DNA of 64,000 bases from Giardia intestinalis (taxonomy: Eukaryota). Where the stretch lies: the NCBI GenBank assembly GCA_000002435.2, contig CM018789.1. One strand, given 5' to 3'. Position numbers and translations under genes: made by a program. This document shows, one piece after another, positions 1 to 10,164 of the stretch (its first letter is position 1; each line of letters begins with the position of its first letter). Under the pieces are notes generated by a model. The model did not search any database. It was given only the letters and a program-made list of their open reading frames with translations, and had not been told where the DNA came from.

Positions 1-2472
1 TCCAACGCCACTTGGTATGTGCAGTTGATCGAGGCCTCCAACTGGGGCATTCTTGTTCTGGGAATTACTGGCGGTCTGTGCAGTAGTAATGGCATTGATG
101 TGACCGTCACCTTCTTCGCTGTGTATACAGACTCGAACACACAGAACATGATTGAGCAGCCTATTCTTACCGAGCCCATGACTCTAACAGACACTTTATC
201 TGCTTCCCACAAGTACCACATAAAGAATACTGATATCTGGCAATCATATTTGAATCTTAAGAATAAAGACGGCGTTACATTTTACGCCAATCTGACATTC
301 AAGTACACATTCTTTTCTACAGAGAAACACTACATCCCCATCTCCGCCGTCACAGAGCCGTGCATAGTCAGAACCCTGACTACTAAACTACTTGAGATTG
401 ACTACTCAACGAGCATACTAGAAACGTACGATCAGGAGGGATGCTATATGCTATCTGATTACGTTTACCTTGTCCTTCCATTGACGTCATCAAAACAGCA
501 AGCTGCACTATTAGAAGAAAATCTGAAGGAACTGGTTGTCTTGGAAGAGCTTTTGCTGAACAACTTCTACTCTTTGGAGGATGTTTGGGCATTTATTGAC
601 AGCACAAACGTTATGGACATAGCAGCAGCTATTGAGTGGAGCAAGAGCTCCATTCCACATCTCCAGCTGAAAGCTAACCGTGCCCGCACATCAGAGACTT
701 GGGAGCGATACTCTTCGGGAGAGTATCCCACAGGAAATACAGCAGCCTTTGAGGCTGAGATCATTACCATGTTCAACATGCGCAATAGTAGTCTAGACAT
801 GCGTGTGCTAGCACCTTCGCTCTACAAGTATTGGCGCCTTGCCACTACCACTCTTCCATTGATAAATACCAGCCTCGGTGAAAGAACTATCAAAAGCAAT
901 GCCATGCCAGCGATTCCGTTACCCTTGTCGTTTCGGCTCTCTACTATCCGGAATTTTATCCCAGATTACAGTGTATTTCCAACGCTTGCAGAGCAACTGA
1001 AAAAAGACTTAAATACAGATCTATCCACCGATATCATCACTAATCAGGCTAAGTATAACGTCAGCGGTCTACTAGGTTCCAAAGTGATCAACTTCACAAT
1101 CGGTAAGACCATCCTTTACAACGCAACACCCCTCTCGTTTTATCAGTACAACAACTTCATCATGCTCGTGCTGACACTCGGCAACAGCACTAACAAACAA
1201 TCGAATGTAGATACCAATATATTAATTATGCAATCACCAATTTACACGCCTTTCCTGCTATTATCAGATGCTTCCGAGACTCAAGTGGAGACCATTGACG
1301 ACTACCTCACTATTTACTGTCCATCGTGCATTTTGTATGATCAAGTTCTCTACGTCACTGACCTTCACCTCATTGAGTTCATTTCCCGCTCGAACGTACA
1401 GTCGTTACCTGTCTACCTGTCCACACGCGCCCCAGTGAACGCAGTACGGTACAACTACAGCTACACCATCCGCATCGGTGTACAGATAAACCAATCAAAT
1501 GTGTCCTTCCGCTTTCCTATCTATAATAAGGATATATCTCTCTCTACCCAGTTTATCCCCAATGTCTGCTTCATTAACGGGTACATGAAAGCTTGTCTTA
1601 AGTCGAACAAACTATTTATTTTGCTTGAGTTGGTGAACTGCATTGATATGCGGCCGAGTTCCATTGTCTTCACGTTGGCGGCAAAAGAGGATCTAGAGCC
1701 AGCTGTCGCGATGCAGCTAGGGGTACGTAACAAGGCACTCACTACTGTCAATGAGAACGAAAACTGGGTCTCGTATGCACATGTATTTGATGATGATAAG
1801 GACGTCAATGCTAGTCTTATCATGATGCTGGCAACAAACAACACCTTAGACGTCGTGCTCAGGGCCTCAATAGGCAATACACTTGTCACCAGGCTCGTAC
1901 CAATAGATGTCACTTTATTCTCCATTGAGGAGCAGTACTGGGTGGTGTATCTAATTATCTGGATTGCCATGATAAGCGGTTTGAGCATGTGCACCTGGGT
2001 GATCATAAAAACTCATAGGCTACGGAGCCTCAAAAGGAAGATCATCACTTTAGCAAACTATGAGCTTACCAGGAACCCTACCCTGTATAGATCTATCGAA
2101 AACTCGTTCCAAAAGCATATAAATGAGAATGGTATAAGCCACTCATTGCTGGCTCTACACGTTCTACTGAAAAGGGACTGGTCGATCGATGAGATAGCAC
2201 AAGAGTGCCAGACGACTCCAAGGGTCATTAGCGGATGGAAGGAGAACCTTAAGGGCTTCCTAGATGGACATGATAGGGCTGATAAAAGGAGAGCAAGCGC
2301 GCTTGAGAAGATGAAGCACAAGCTAATGGTGGCAGAACGGCGGAAGAATATGCAGAGGAAGACATCCATCCAATTCTTGAAGAAGAGCAGAAGGAAAGGT
2401 ATGCCTTCACAAACACACAGCACAGACAATCTCCTGTCCACTGATTCAGAAATGACGCACGCCAATAGCTGA
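1..2472 (+). CDS. Hypothetical large type-I membrane glycoprotein-like protein (5'-partial; ORF open from window edge)
   Basis: Frame is open from nt 1; track ORF at 19 begins with GTG. Hydrophobic N-terminal segment, many NxS/T sequons, and a single C-terminal TM helix (WVVYLIIWIAMISGLSMCTWVII) followed by a basic tail. 817 codons without a stop at ~48% GC. Stop TGA at 2470-2472. Confidence 0.55.
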   Translation, partial: SNATWYVQLIEASNWGILVLGITGGLCSSNGIDVTVTFFAVYTDSNTQNMIEQPILTEPMTLTDTLSASHKYHIKNTDIWQSYLNLKNKDGVTFYANLTFKYTFFSTEKHYIPISAVTEPCIVRTLTTKLLEIDYSTSILETYDQEGCYMLSDYVYLVLPLTSSKQQAALLEENLKELVVLEELLLNNFYSLEDVWAFIDSTNVMDIAAAIEWSKSSIPHLQLKANRARTSETWERYSSGEYPTGNTAAFEAEIITMFNMRNSSLDMRVLAPSLYKYWRLATTTLPLINTSLGERTIKSNAMPAIPLPLSFRLSTIRNFIPDYSVFPTLAEQLKKDLNTDLSTDIITNQAKYNVSGLLGSKVINFTIGKTILYNATPLSFYQYNNFIMLVLTLGNSTNKQSNVDTNILIMQSPIYTPFLLLSDASETQVETIDDYLTIYCPSCILYDQVLYVTDLHLIEFISRSNVQSLPVYLSTRAPVNAVRYNYSYTIRIGVQINQSNVSFRFPIYNKDISLSTQFIPNVCFINGYMKACLKSNKLFILLELVNCIDMRPSSIVFTLAAKEDLEPAVAMQLGVRNKALTTVNENENWVSYAHVFDDDKDVNASLIMMLATNNTLDVVLRASIGNTLVTRLVPIDVTLFSIEEQYWVVYLIIWIAMISGLSMCTWVIIKTHRLRSLKRKIITLANYELTRNPTLYRSIENSFQKHINENGISHSLLALHVLLKRDWSIDEIAQECQTTPRVISGWKENLKGFLDGHDRADKRRASALEKMKHKLMVAERRKNMQRKTSIQFLKKSRRKGMPSQTHSTDNLLSTDSEMTHANS

Positions 2473-2632
2473 CTGTAAAGTTTAACCACAATCCGTCTAG
2501 AGGTTGCAGAGATTTTTCTTTTATCAATCTACTAGTATTTGCCAAGACTACAATTAATTGTATCCCCCTGCATGCTGTGACACCTGGACATGAAAAATTA
2601 AATTTAAATATTAAGAAAATTGCCAGCATAAA

Positions 2633-3316
2633 ATGTCCAGCGGCGGACACCATTATATCTTCAAGTACATCATCGTAGGCGACTCTGCGGTCGGAAAGTC
2701 CTGCCTCTTGTTGAGGTTCGTTGAACAGAAGTTTATCCCTCTGCATGATGTAACAGTGGGAGTGGAGTTTTGCAACAAGACCCTTCAGGTGCCCTCGAAA
2801 GATGGCTCTGAAAAGACCGTCAAGGTGCAGATTTGGGACACTGCAGGCCAGGAGCAGTTTCGTTCCATAACAAGAAGCTATTACAGAGGAGCGGCCGGCG
2901 CTCTTCTCGTTTATGACGTCACGAACAGGAGTAGCTTTGAAGCCCTTGAGGGTTGGCTTAAGGACATGCTCGCCGGGGTGGGCATGGAAGCCAGTCCGAA
3001 CGGCGTTAGCGGCATGGTTATTATGTTAGTGGGAAACAAGACAGATCTCGAGCACAAGAGGAAAGTCTCGAAGGAAGAGGGCGAGCAGTTTGCCCGTGAC
3101 CACGGCCTTCTCTTCATCGAAACCTCAGCAAAAGACGACCTGAACGTCTCGGAGAGCTTTAACGAGACGGCGCGGACCATTCTTGAGAAAGTGGAAACAG
3201 GGGAGATCGACTGCGTCTCTAAGGATAGTGGGGTGAAGGCAGGGGCTCTCAATATGAGCGCTGCAGCGACCACTGCCTCGTCCACTGACAGCACATTTGG
3301 AAATTGCTCCTGTTGA
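2633..3316 (+). CDS. Rab2: Rab2-family small GTPase
   Basis: G1 GDSAVGKS, YIFKYIIVGD, WDTAGQE, GNKTDL and ETSAK motifs with Rab2-specific context (YRGAAGALLVYDVT), and a C-terminal CSC prenylation motif. ATG at 2633 lies in an A/T-rich context (cataaaATG). Confidence 0.9.
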   Translation: MSSGGHHYIFKYIIVGDSAVGKSCLLLRFVEQKFIPLHDVTVGVEFCNKTLQVPSKDGSEKTVKVQIWDTAGQEQFRSITRSYYRGAAGALLVYDVTNRSSFEALEGWLKDMLAGVGMEASPNGVSGMVIMLVGNKTDLEHKRKVSKEEGEQFARDHGLLFIETSAKDDLNVSESFNETARTILEKVETGEIDCVSKDSGVKAGALNMSAAATTASSTDSTFGNCSC

Positions 3317-3437
3317 TCTCTCCCTGCCCCGCTCCCGTTATGAATGTGTTCCCAGTAAACTTGATTGCCTTATATGCTGTACGTGGCTACCAATCTATCT
3401 ATGCAGCAGAGGGCCCGCATTCGTCCCATTGTATAAA

Positions 3438-4346
3438 ATGGGAGACTTGTTATATGCACCGTTCTATGCACGACTACCGTCTCTGCCAGCTCTGTCTCCA
3501 TCCAAACATTTACATTATGTGCCCCTCCGCACGGAGGTTGTTCCAAAAGCAGACTCCACTAACACGACAACCTCCAACGCACCCTCTTCTCTGGCCAACA
3601 GGAAGGCGTCCATACGCCCGCCATCTGCAAACATGATACAGCCTCATCCTCACAGACGTGCTGCACAGTTTTACGACGGCCATACAGTCATCGTCCCGCC
3701 CGTTCAGGAGACAGTCAAGATTCCTACCCGGACACAACACATTAAAGCTCAAGATGCCTTTCTGAAACAGGTAGAGCATATAAACTGTGAGTACTCCCCA
3801 TCAAAGATACGAACCTCCCGCGGTATTAAAGCAGAGCTACTTCCCTCTGTGCTGCTGGAGTGCTGCAAAGATGAACCCTGCTATGCATACTTGCTCTCCG
3901 AGTTGGCTAAGGCTGTGGAAAGGCATAAGAGCAGGCTCAAACCTGCTGCAGAGGTCGAGGGCTGTGAAGCAAACCTAGAATCCAAGGAGTCACGAGTTAC
4001 TGATAGAGCTCAAACAGAGAGTCCTAACGCAAAGGAAGGACCTGACGATGAGATAGAGAGGCTTGGAGAGACATCTGGAAACATAGTGTCATTGGCGAAG
4101 CTAGTTGCAAAGAAGGAGATCGAGGCAAGTACGTATCGCAAACGCATGGATCATATGAAGACAACCCTCACAAAGCTGAATAAAGAAATTCAAATAGCCA
4201 AGACAACAATAGGTGCGCTGAATGCAGAGATTGCACGTCTTGAATCAATATACCAAATTTCAATGGAGTCCAGAGCGCCTGGTACACTGAAAGAGCGAAT
4301 GATGAACTTAGATAAGACTGCCCATATGATACTCGCCGGCGAGTAG
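3438..4346 (+). CDS. Hypothetical protein with C-terminal coiled coil
   Basis: The track ORF begins at a TTG (3297) that overlaps the end of the Rab gene. The first in-frame ATG with an A/T-rich context (tgtataaaATG) is at 3438. The C-terminal heptad-rich segment suggests a coiled coil. Stop TAG at 4344-4346. Confidence 0.45.
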   Translation: MGDLLYAPFYARLPSLPALSPSKHLHYVPLRTEVVPKADSTNTTTSNAPSSLANRKASIRPPSANMIQPHPHRRAAQFYDGHTVIVPPVQETVKIPTRTQHIKAQDAFLKQVEHINCEYSPSKIRTSRGIKAELLPSVLLECCKDEPCYAYLLSELAKAVERHKSRLKPAAEVEGCEANLESKESRVTDRAQTESPNAKEGPDDEIERLGETSGNIVSLAKLVAKKEIEASTYRKRMDHMKTTLTKLNKEIQIAKTTIGALNAEIARLESIYQISMESRAPGTLKERMMNLDKTAHMILAGE

Positions 4347-6140
4347 CTAACGCTTTTGACGCTGAAACATCGATCCACGTTGGCTCCTTTGGGACTGGGA
4401 GGGCTGTCCTGGTTGCACAGACCCAGTACTTCCCAATGGAGGAAGCGCTGGTGTTATAGAGCTGCCTCGCCTTGCCGACAATTCAGCATTCTGTGCCTTA
4501 AGACTTGATAGCGTGTAAAGTAAATCTGAACGTTCTTGGCACTCCTTGAAGACTGTCTGCTGCAGGCACTGGATCTTCTTCTCCAGGTCAGAGATGTACT
4601 TCCGTGCTTCTTCTAATAATTTGGTTGACGTGGTCTCACCTCGGAGACTTTCTGCCTCTCGTGTCTTCTCTGCTAGTTTAGTCTCTAGATCTACAATGTG
4701 AGACCTCATATCCTGGATTTTCAGATCCATGTCACAGATAAGCTTCTCTTTCTGTTCCTTCTCACTACGCAGCTGTGCAGCTTTCTTCTCCACATCGAGG
4801 GCTTGGTTCTCAAGGAGCTCATTATCGCGCTGCAACTCGCGCAACCTCTTTCGTAGTGCTTCTTCAGCTGCTGAGCTTGTCTTGCCGGATTCTTGTAAAG
4901 CATAACGGAGATCTTCGAGCTCTGTGCTTAGCTTTTTGTTACGCTGGAGAAGAGCCTCTTGCTCTCCTTGTAACTTAGAATACCTTTGATTTGCTGCATC
5001 TGATTCAGTCGTTTCCATAGTCAGAGCCTTGTGTAGGTCTGCTAGCTCTTGTTCTAATGCCTTATATTTGGATGTAGTTTCAGTCTCAAGCCTTTTCAGC
5101 TGAAGTAGTGCATCTGCGAGTCTGTTTGACAGTGCGGTGAGTGTTGATTGGTGGGACTCTATGTCCGCTTGGTGGAGCTTACGGAACTCAGACAGCTCCT
5201 TCAGGAACACTTGTAGGTTGCTCTGCAAAGCCTCTGCATTTTCCTTGCTGCTTTGTAGCTGTTTCAAAAGATCTGCAAGTTCATCATTCCTTGTTTGGAG
5301 CTCACATGTAAGCAAGTTTATTCGTTGTAAGCTTTCTTTCTCACTTGTATTCAGAGTATTGCATTGATTGATTCGTGTTTGCAGTTCGGCTCGAAGCTGA
5401 TCTATCTCTGTTGTCATAACAGAAACCTGCTTCTCCAGTGTCTCATTTGTCGTAGTAAGTAAAGAAATAGCCTCCTTCAGCTCCTGAACCTCCACCCCGA
5501 GTATCTTGTTGTGAGAGTTAACCTCGTTTAGTGTGGACTGCAGAGCTGCTATTTCCTCCTCTAACGTAAGCCTCACTAATCTAAGGTCCTCCTGGGCGGC
5601 AGATAGGCACGTCTGTAAACGCTTTCCCTCGAGCTCGGAGGCTTCCAGCTGCTCACTATAACTGTTCTGTAGGCTCAGTACTAATCTGTGGAGAGCATCC
5701 ATCATTCCAGGAATGATTGTTGGGTCAGTAGCCTTAAGGCATTGGAGTGCTTCTCGGAGAGACACTATTTCTTCACGCAGGCTGCCGAGACCTGTTTGGA
5801 GCCGCTGAATACACGAGAGCAGAGCCTTATTCCGTTCCTCCATCTCTTTCGTCTTTATCATTGCACGATCCCTCTCCGCAGAGGCCTCGTCTGCCCGGGC
5901 TTTGAAGGCTTCGGTTAGATTTGTCAGAGCATCCATCGAAGTGAGCGTATTCATCTGAGATGACTGGGCGTTACTCTTCATTCGCATAAGACTTGCATTT
6001 TCTGTTTCTAGCTCGGCAATCCGCCGCTTCAAGCGCTCCACCTCATGGAGAATAAGGTAGCTAACACCACAGAAAGAACAACTATTCTCGTCCTTTCCTG
6101 TGTCCGCTAAGTCATCTGGCAGGGGCTTCAAAGGCTCCAT
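4347..6140 (-). CDS. Long coiled-coil protein with N-terminal CxxC...H zinc-binding-like motif
   Basis: The track start at 6200 is TTG; the first ATG is at 6140 (MEPLKPLPDD). The N-terminus has CSFCGVSYLILHEV, followed by about 550 aa of heptad-repeat sequence and a Q/S-rich tail. Confidence 0.6.
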   Translation of the reverse strand: MEPLKPLPDDLADTGKDENSCSFCGVSYLILHEVERLKRRIAELETENASLMRMKSNAQSSQMNTLTSMDALTNLTEAFKARADEASAERDRAMIKTKEMEERNKALLSCIQRLQTGLGSLREEIVSLREALQCLKATDPTIIPGMMDALHRLVLSLQNSYSEQLEASELEGKRLQTCLSAAQEDLRLVRLTLEEEIAALQSTLNEVNSHNKILGVEVQELKEAISLLTTTNETLEKQVSVMTTEIDQLRAELQTRINQCNTLNTSEKESLQRINLLTCELQTRNDELADLLKQLQSSKENAEALQSNLQVFLKELSEFRKLHQADIESHQSTLTALSNRLADALLQLKRLETETTSKYKALEQELADLHKALTMETTESDAANQRYSKLQGEQEALLQRNKKLSTELEDLRYALQESGKTSSAAEEALRKRLRELQRDNELLENQALDVEKKAAQLRSEKEQKEKLICDMDLKIQDMRSHIVDLETKLAEKTREAESLRGETTSTKLLEEARKYISDLEKKIQCLQQTVFKECQERSDLLYTLSSLKAQNAELSARRGSSITPALPPLGSTGSVQPGQPSQSQRSQRGSMFQRQKR

Positions 6141-6211
6141 CTGATCCGCTTGGAACCGTGCAGTGAGCCCAATCGGCCTAACAAAATAGTTAACTAACAA
6201 AACACTTAAAA

Positions 6212-7924
6212 ATGTTCAAGAAGAAGAACAAGAAGAATGCGTTTAACGAACAGATCGAAAGCAGCTCCATCTCCCAGCCCTTTGATCTTAAGCGCGGGAT
6301 AAGTGTGCGGTACGATCCCCAGACGGGGAAGTTCACTGGCTTACCGGAGGAGTGGCAAAAGCTGGGGCTTATCCCAGAGTCTATGATAAGTACTATCACA
6401 GATATGGCCAACGCAGCTCCTAGCTTAGAGGACGGTGGGAACGGTGACAAACCTCTCATTAAATTATCTAGCCAGTCTATTGACAAGCAGATAGACTTTC
6501 ACACGGGTAACATAGCTCCTTCCTTCTTGGCCACAAACGCTACTCTAGACTCTCTCTACCATATAGATCAGATGGACATTCTTACAGACGCCGTGAAACC
6601 GACGCTTCCTAGCAAGAAGCTGCTGCGCAGCCTCCAAACGCAAAACATCTTCATCAGTAGACCCACCGGCTTTACACACAAGAATCACGTGACCGTAGAT
6701 CCTACTAATGCAACAAGGTACATTGGTCTGCCGAAGGAGTGGGAGGCGAAGCTGGAGGCCGTGGGGTTGGATATCCAGAAAATAGGGCAGAACAAGGACG
6801 ATCTGGACGCTCTCTGCGCAATCATGGATAACTTTTATGATGATAAGATACCCATAAAACCAGATGATCAGGATTTCATGATCCAGGCATTTGATGGAAC
6901 GGACAAGTATGCAGTCCCCAAGTTCCACAGCCTCCCCACAGCAGACACATATAATGACATTCTCGAGAAGCTCCACGACAACTTCACAGAAGTTAATACA
7001 ATTGCAGATGTCTATAGCAATCCACAGGAGGTCGGGCACGGGTCGTCCGGGCATGTCTATCGCGCCACAGAGATAAAGACTGGCAATGTCGTTGCCATAA
7101 AATCTATATCTGCAATAAATTTCCTTACAGACGATGGAAAGAAGGTCCGTGACATAAAATCTGCGGAAGCTGCGACACTCATGGCTCTGAAGAATGAAGT
7201 AGCCCTCATGTATCTTTCAAAAGAGTGCGAGTACATAGTAAAGCTCCACAAAGTATACTTTTCCAAGGCAGCCAAGGAGTTTTATATGATTATGGATTAC
7301 TGCAACGCTAACTGTCTGACCAACATCTTGTCCAGGCACGGATACATAAAGAACGAGCGTGTCTCCTGTATGATTATTCGTGACATTCTAAAAGCCCTGA
7401 ACCATTTACACGAGAACCATAGAATTTACCGGGATCTGAAGTCTGACAATGTCCTTCTAAACGCTGAGCTCATCAACAGCTTAGCCCAGGACGGGGCCAT
7501 AACAAAGAAGAAGAAGTTTTCGCTAAAGCTGTCTGACTTTGGCTTTGCAGTCCAGCTGAATACGAAGCAGCCTACGCGCAAGTCTGTGGTAGGCACTCCA
7601 TTTTGGATGGCTCCCGAGCTCATACGCGGCACAGAATACAACACAAAGGTAGATTGCTGGTCACTGGGAATTGTTGTGCTGGAGCTTTGCGAGTCTCTTC
7701 CCCCGCACATGGAGATGCAGCCACTCAAGGCTGTTTTCAAAATTGTCACCAGCCCTGCTCCCAGCTTCAAGAAGCCATCGCAGTGGACACCAGAGCTCAA
7801 CGACTTTTTGGCCAGGTGCCTCGATAAGGACCCTGATAGTAGATGGAGCTGTGCCCAGCTCCTTGAGCATCCATGGATTAAGAGTGTGGACAACGCCCCC
7901 TTGGATTTAAGTGATTACTTCTAG
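6212..7924 (+). CDS. PAK: p21-activated kinase (PAK/Ste20) with two tandem CRIB/PBD-like modules
   Basis: Kinase motifs GHGSSGHVYRA, VAIK, HRDLKSDNVLL, DFGFA and GTPFWMAPE. The CRIB consensus ISxPxxFxHxxHV is at aa 148-160 (ISRPTGFTHKNHV). An upstream degenerate copy at aa 20-57 lacks the His pair. ATG lies in an A-rich context (cttaaaaATG). Confidence 0.9.
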   Translation: MFKKKNKKNAFNEQIESSSISQPFDLKRGISVRYDPQTGKFTGLPEEWQKLGLIPESMISTITDMANAAPSLEDGGNGDKPLIKLSSQSIDKQIDFHTGNIAPSFLATNATLDSLYHIDQMDILTDAVKPTLPSKKLLRSLQTQNIFISRPTGFTHKNHVTVDPTNATRYIGLPKEWEAKLEAVGLDIQKIGQNKDDLDALCAIMDNFYDDKIPIKPDDQDFMIQAFDGTDKYAVPKFHSLPTADTYNDILEKLHDNFTEVNTIADVYSNPQEVGHGSSGHVYRATEIKTGNVVAIKSISAINFLTDDGKKVRDIKSAEAATLMALKNEVALMYLSKECEYIVKLHKVYFSKAAKEFYMIMDYCNANCLTNILSRHGYIKNERVSCMIIRDILKALNHLHENHRIYRDLKSDNVLLNAELINSLAQDGAITKKKKFSLKLSDFGFAVQLNTKQPTRKSVVGTPFWMAPELIRGTEYNTKVDCWSLGIVVLELCESLPPHMEMQPLKAVFKIVTSPAPSFKKPSQWTPELNDFLARCLDKDPDSRWSCAQLLEHPWIKSVDNAPLDLSDYF

Positions 7925-8223
7925 CTGACTACCTTATTTACCTTCATGCTTTGCCGCGTGGATCCTAGAATAAATTCCCATCCTTATATTTCATATTATG
8001 ACTTCATGACTTATTTAACTAGAAAGAAAACTCTGTTGAAGGCTGTGGATTATTTTCAAAAGATAAAATAAGTGGGATAATATGAGGTGTAACATGAAGT
8101 GTGGTAGTGCTAGGTTTAAGAATTCGATAGAAGGATAGTGTGTATATCAATATCTCCGTGCACCAATATCTCTAGTCCAGAGTAGACAAATACATGGAAA
8201 GAAAAAGTAGACTAACTGCAGCC

Positions 8224-9987
8224 CTAATGCTCTGAAAGATTTGGAGGAGTAGACATTCCTAACTCGATATATATCGCCTCATCAGATCCGTCTCCATAAA
8301 GGCTATAGCCCTGGGTGATGAAAAGGTCGTTCCTAGTGTCTTCGAGGAGAGAGTCCGCAGGCCGATGTTTTTTATCACTGGTTTGGACTCGCTGTTTCGC
8401 CTCTGAAATAGGATCCAAACACGGCTCCTCTTGCAAACATGTGTTCGCCCCTCTCTCTTTGGCACCAGGCTTTTGCCCAGAATCACAAAGTGTAGGTGTG
8501 GAGTGGAGCTTAAGCACTCGTCTTGCTCGCTTTACTGTGCCATGTGTGGCAGTATCAATGGCAAGCTTGGGGACAGTCTTCGGACTATTATCCTTGCAGG
8601 AGGTCTTGGAGTCTAGTAGTTGTTCTATCACAGAAGGCTTCAGTCCGTGCAAATTACTCTCTCGCAGCGTCATATCTGGATCTAGATCGTTGATTGTCAA
8701 AATGGATGATCGGAGGGTATTGAGTACATTCTCGACGAGCTTGTCTTTAAGATCAGGATATTCTCTGCTCAAATTGTTTGTTGTAAGGCTGGGACGAGGA
8801 TCTAGTGTCTGTGGAGCAGCAATTGCTGAACATATTGAGTCTCGCGAAAGCTTAGAATTGTGCAAGGCCAATGTACTACTACGAATAGGTTCGAACATAT
8901 TCTTTACGATGTTATTCGCGCTGCCAATCCCTGATGACCTACTGTGTGAACTTCCAATGTAGAGTGGTGTGTATGCAGAGGCCTCCTCAGTGGAGAGAGG
9001 AATACCAGTCAGCGTGGTGTCCAAAAGACTCTTCGTGCCAGTGCTCTGGCTTCGAGATAAGATCAGCGCACTTGTCCCAAAGGTCTTGCACTGGGGAAGA
9101 ATGATTCTTTCTACTGGAACCAGGGGTTCTTGCGTCTTTATCTGGTTGGAGTGAGACAATTTCGGGTCCACTCTTCCAGGCTTAACACATAAGCACTTGG
9201 AGATTGCAAGGGAGTCACTGAGTGCCAGTGGATTTGGTATCAGTTCTGAGCTCTGTTTATAGTCTGGCTTTTGTTTTGACTTTTGTCTTAACTTTTCTTT
9301 GAAGCCTCGCTGTCCAAGAATGCTTTCTGACCGCTTTGGGTTCGTTACCGCCCGTCCCGTTACTGCATCCGATGGGTCTGGCCTTTTCTTTTTAGTGTGA
9401 GCAATCACCCTCCTTACTTCGCCAAGGGTGCTTAGGGATGAGGACCGCGCCCGTTGATAATAGATTTCTTCGAGAGTCTCCTGCTGATGCTTAGTTCTGT
9501 TGGACGGGTTAATGTATTGAAACGTAAGCTCACCCATTGAGGTACGATCCTCGCTGGCTGCTAATTTGGTTGTAATTCGCTGCTGGATTTCTTTAGAGTC
9601 AAGTGCATATGCTATTGTTCCGGGGAAAAATACTGTGTTGTCCGATGTTCCTTTGTCATTCAATGGCTGGCACTCCAGTGCCTTGTGAAAGGCCTCTGGT
9701 GGAGGACAAATGTTTTTCGCAAGCGACAATCTCTGCTGCTCAGTCTTTAAAATAACTTCATCCGATCGACGATTCTTCTGCTGCCAGGCCTTCTTCTTCG
9801 CCATTGCAGGCTTATAAAAGTAGTCATCATAGATGTCGTCTGCCAATCGAAGACAGTGGGACTCTGCCCGAACTACCTCAGCTGGTATGTACCGCACCTC
9901 GTACTCGTAGAGCAGCGTATTGTCTGTCTTCTTAGCTGTGGGCACTTTGTGCAGAGAATACACCGGGCTCAAGGCCGGTCTAATCAT
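8224..9987 (-). CDS. Hypothetical Ser/Thr-rich low-complexity protein
   Basis: 587-codon ORF that begins at a genuine ATG (9985-9987) with an A-rich upstream sequence (ccgccaaaaATG). Stop TAG at 8224-8226. No recognisable domain. Confidence 0.5.
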   Translation of the reverse strand: MIRPALSPVYSLHKVPTAKKTDNTLLYEYEVRYIPAEVVRAESHCLRLADDIYDDYFYKPAMAKKKAWQQKNRRSDEVILKTEQQRLSLAKNICPPPEAFHKALECQPLNDKGTSDNTVFFPGTIAYALDSKEIQQRITTKLAASEDRTSMGELTFQYINPSNRTKHQQETLEEIYYQRARSSSLSTLGEVRRVIAHTKKKRPDPSDAVTGRAVTNPKRSESILGQRGFKEKLRQKSKQKPDYKQSSELIPNPLALSDSLAISKCLCVKPGRVDPKLSHSNQIKTQEPLVPVERIILPQCKTFGTSALILSRSQSTGTKSLLDTTLTGIPLSTEEASAYTPLYIGSSHSRSSGIGSANNIVKNMFEPIRSSTLALHNSKLSRDSICSAIAAPQTLDPRPSLTTNNLSREYPDLKDKLVENVLNTLRSSILTINDLDPDMTLRESNLHGLKPSVIEQLLDSKTSCKDNSPKTVPKLAIDTATHGTVKRARRVLKLHSTPTLCDSGQKPGAKERGANTCLQEEPCLDPISEAKQRVQTSDKKHRPADSLLEDTRNDLFITQGYSLYGDGSDEAIYIELGMSTPPNLSEH

Positions 9988-10164
9988 TTTTTGGCGGTAG
10001 TTGAAGGGCCTCGGCGTCCCAGAGAAATAGAGAGCAATTATCCAGGCCTATGCGCCAAATAATGGGAGGATTTCTGCAATGAACCCAAGTGCGGGTCGGG
10101 CTGGATAGTGCCGCTTGCATCACAATCTTTCATATGCCATTTCTTCTAAAACAATGTATGGACC

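Noticed and set aside
1521-3294. Several 125-165-codon minus-strand ORFs (1521-2006, 2058-2489, 2249-2746, 2911-3294)
   Set aside because: Each lies antisense within gene 1 or the Rab2 gene, with non-ATG starts and biased composition. These are typical shadow ORFs.
7925-8223. 300-bp A/T-rich gap between the convergent PAK and Ser-rich genes as a possible hidden small gene or ncRNA
   Set aside because: No ORF, no tRNA-like fold and no convincing C/D or H/ACA box pair found by eye. It is probably just paired 3' UTRs.
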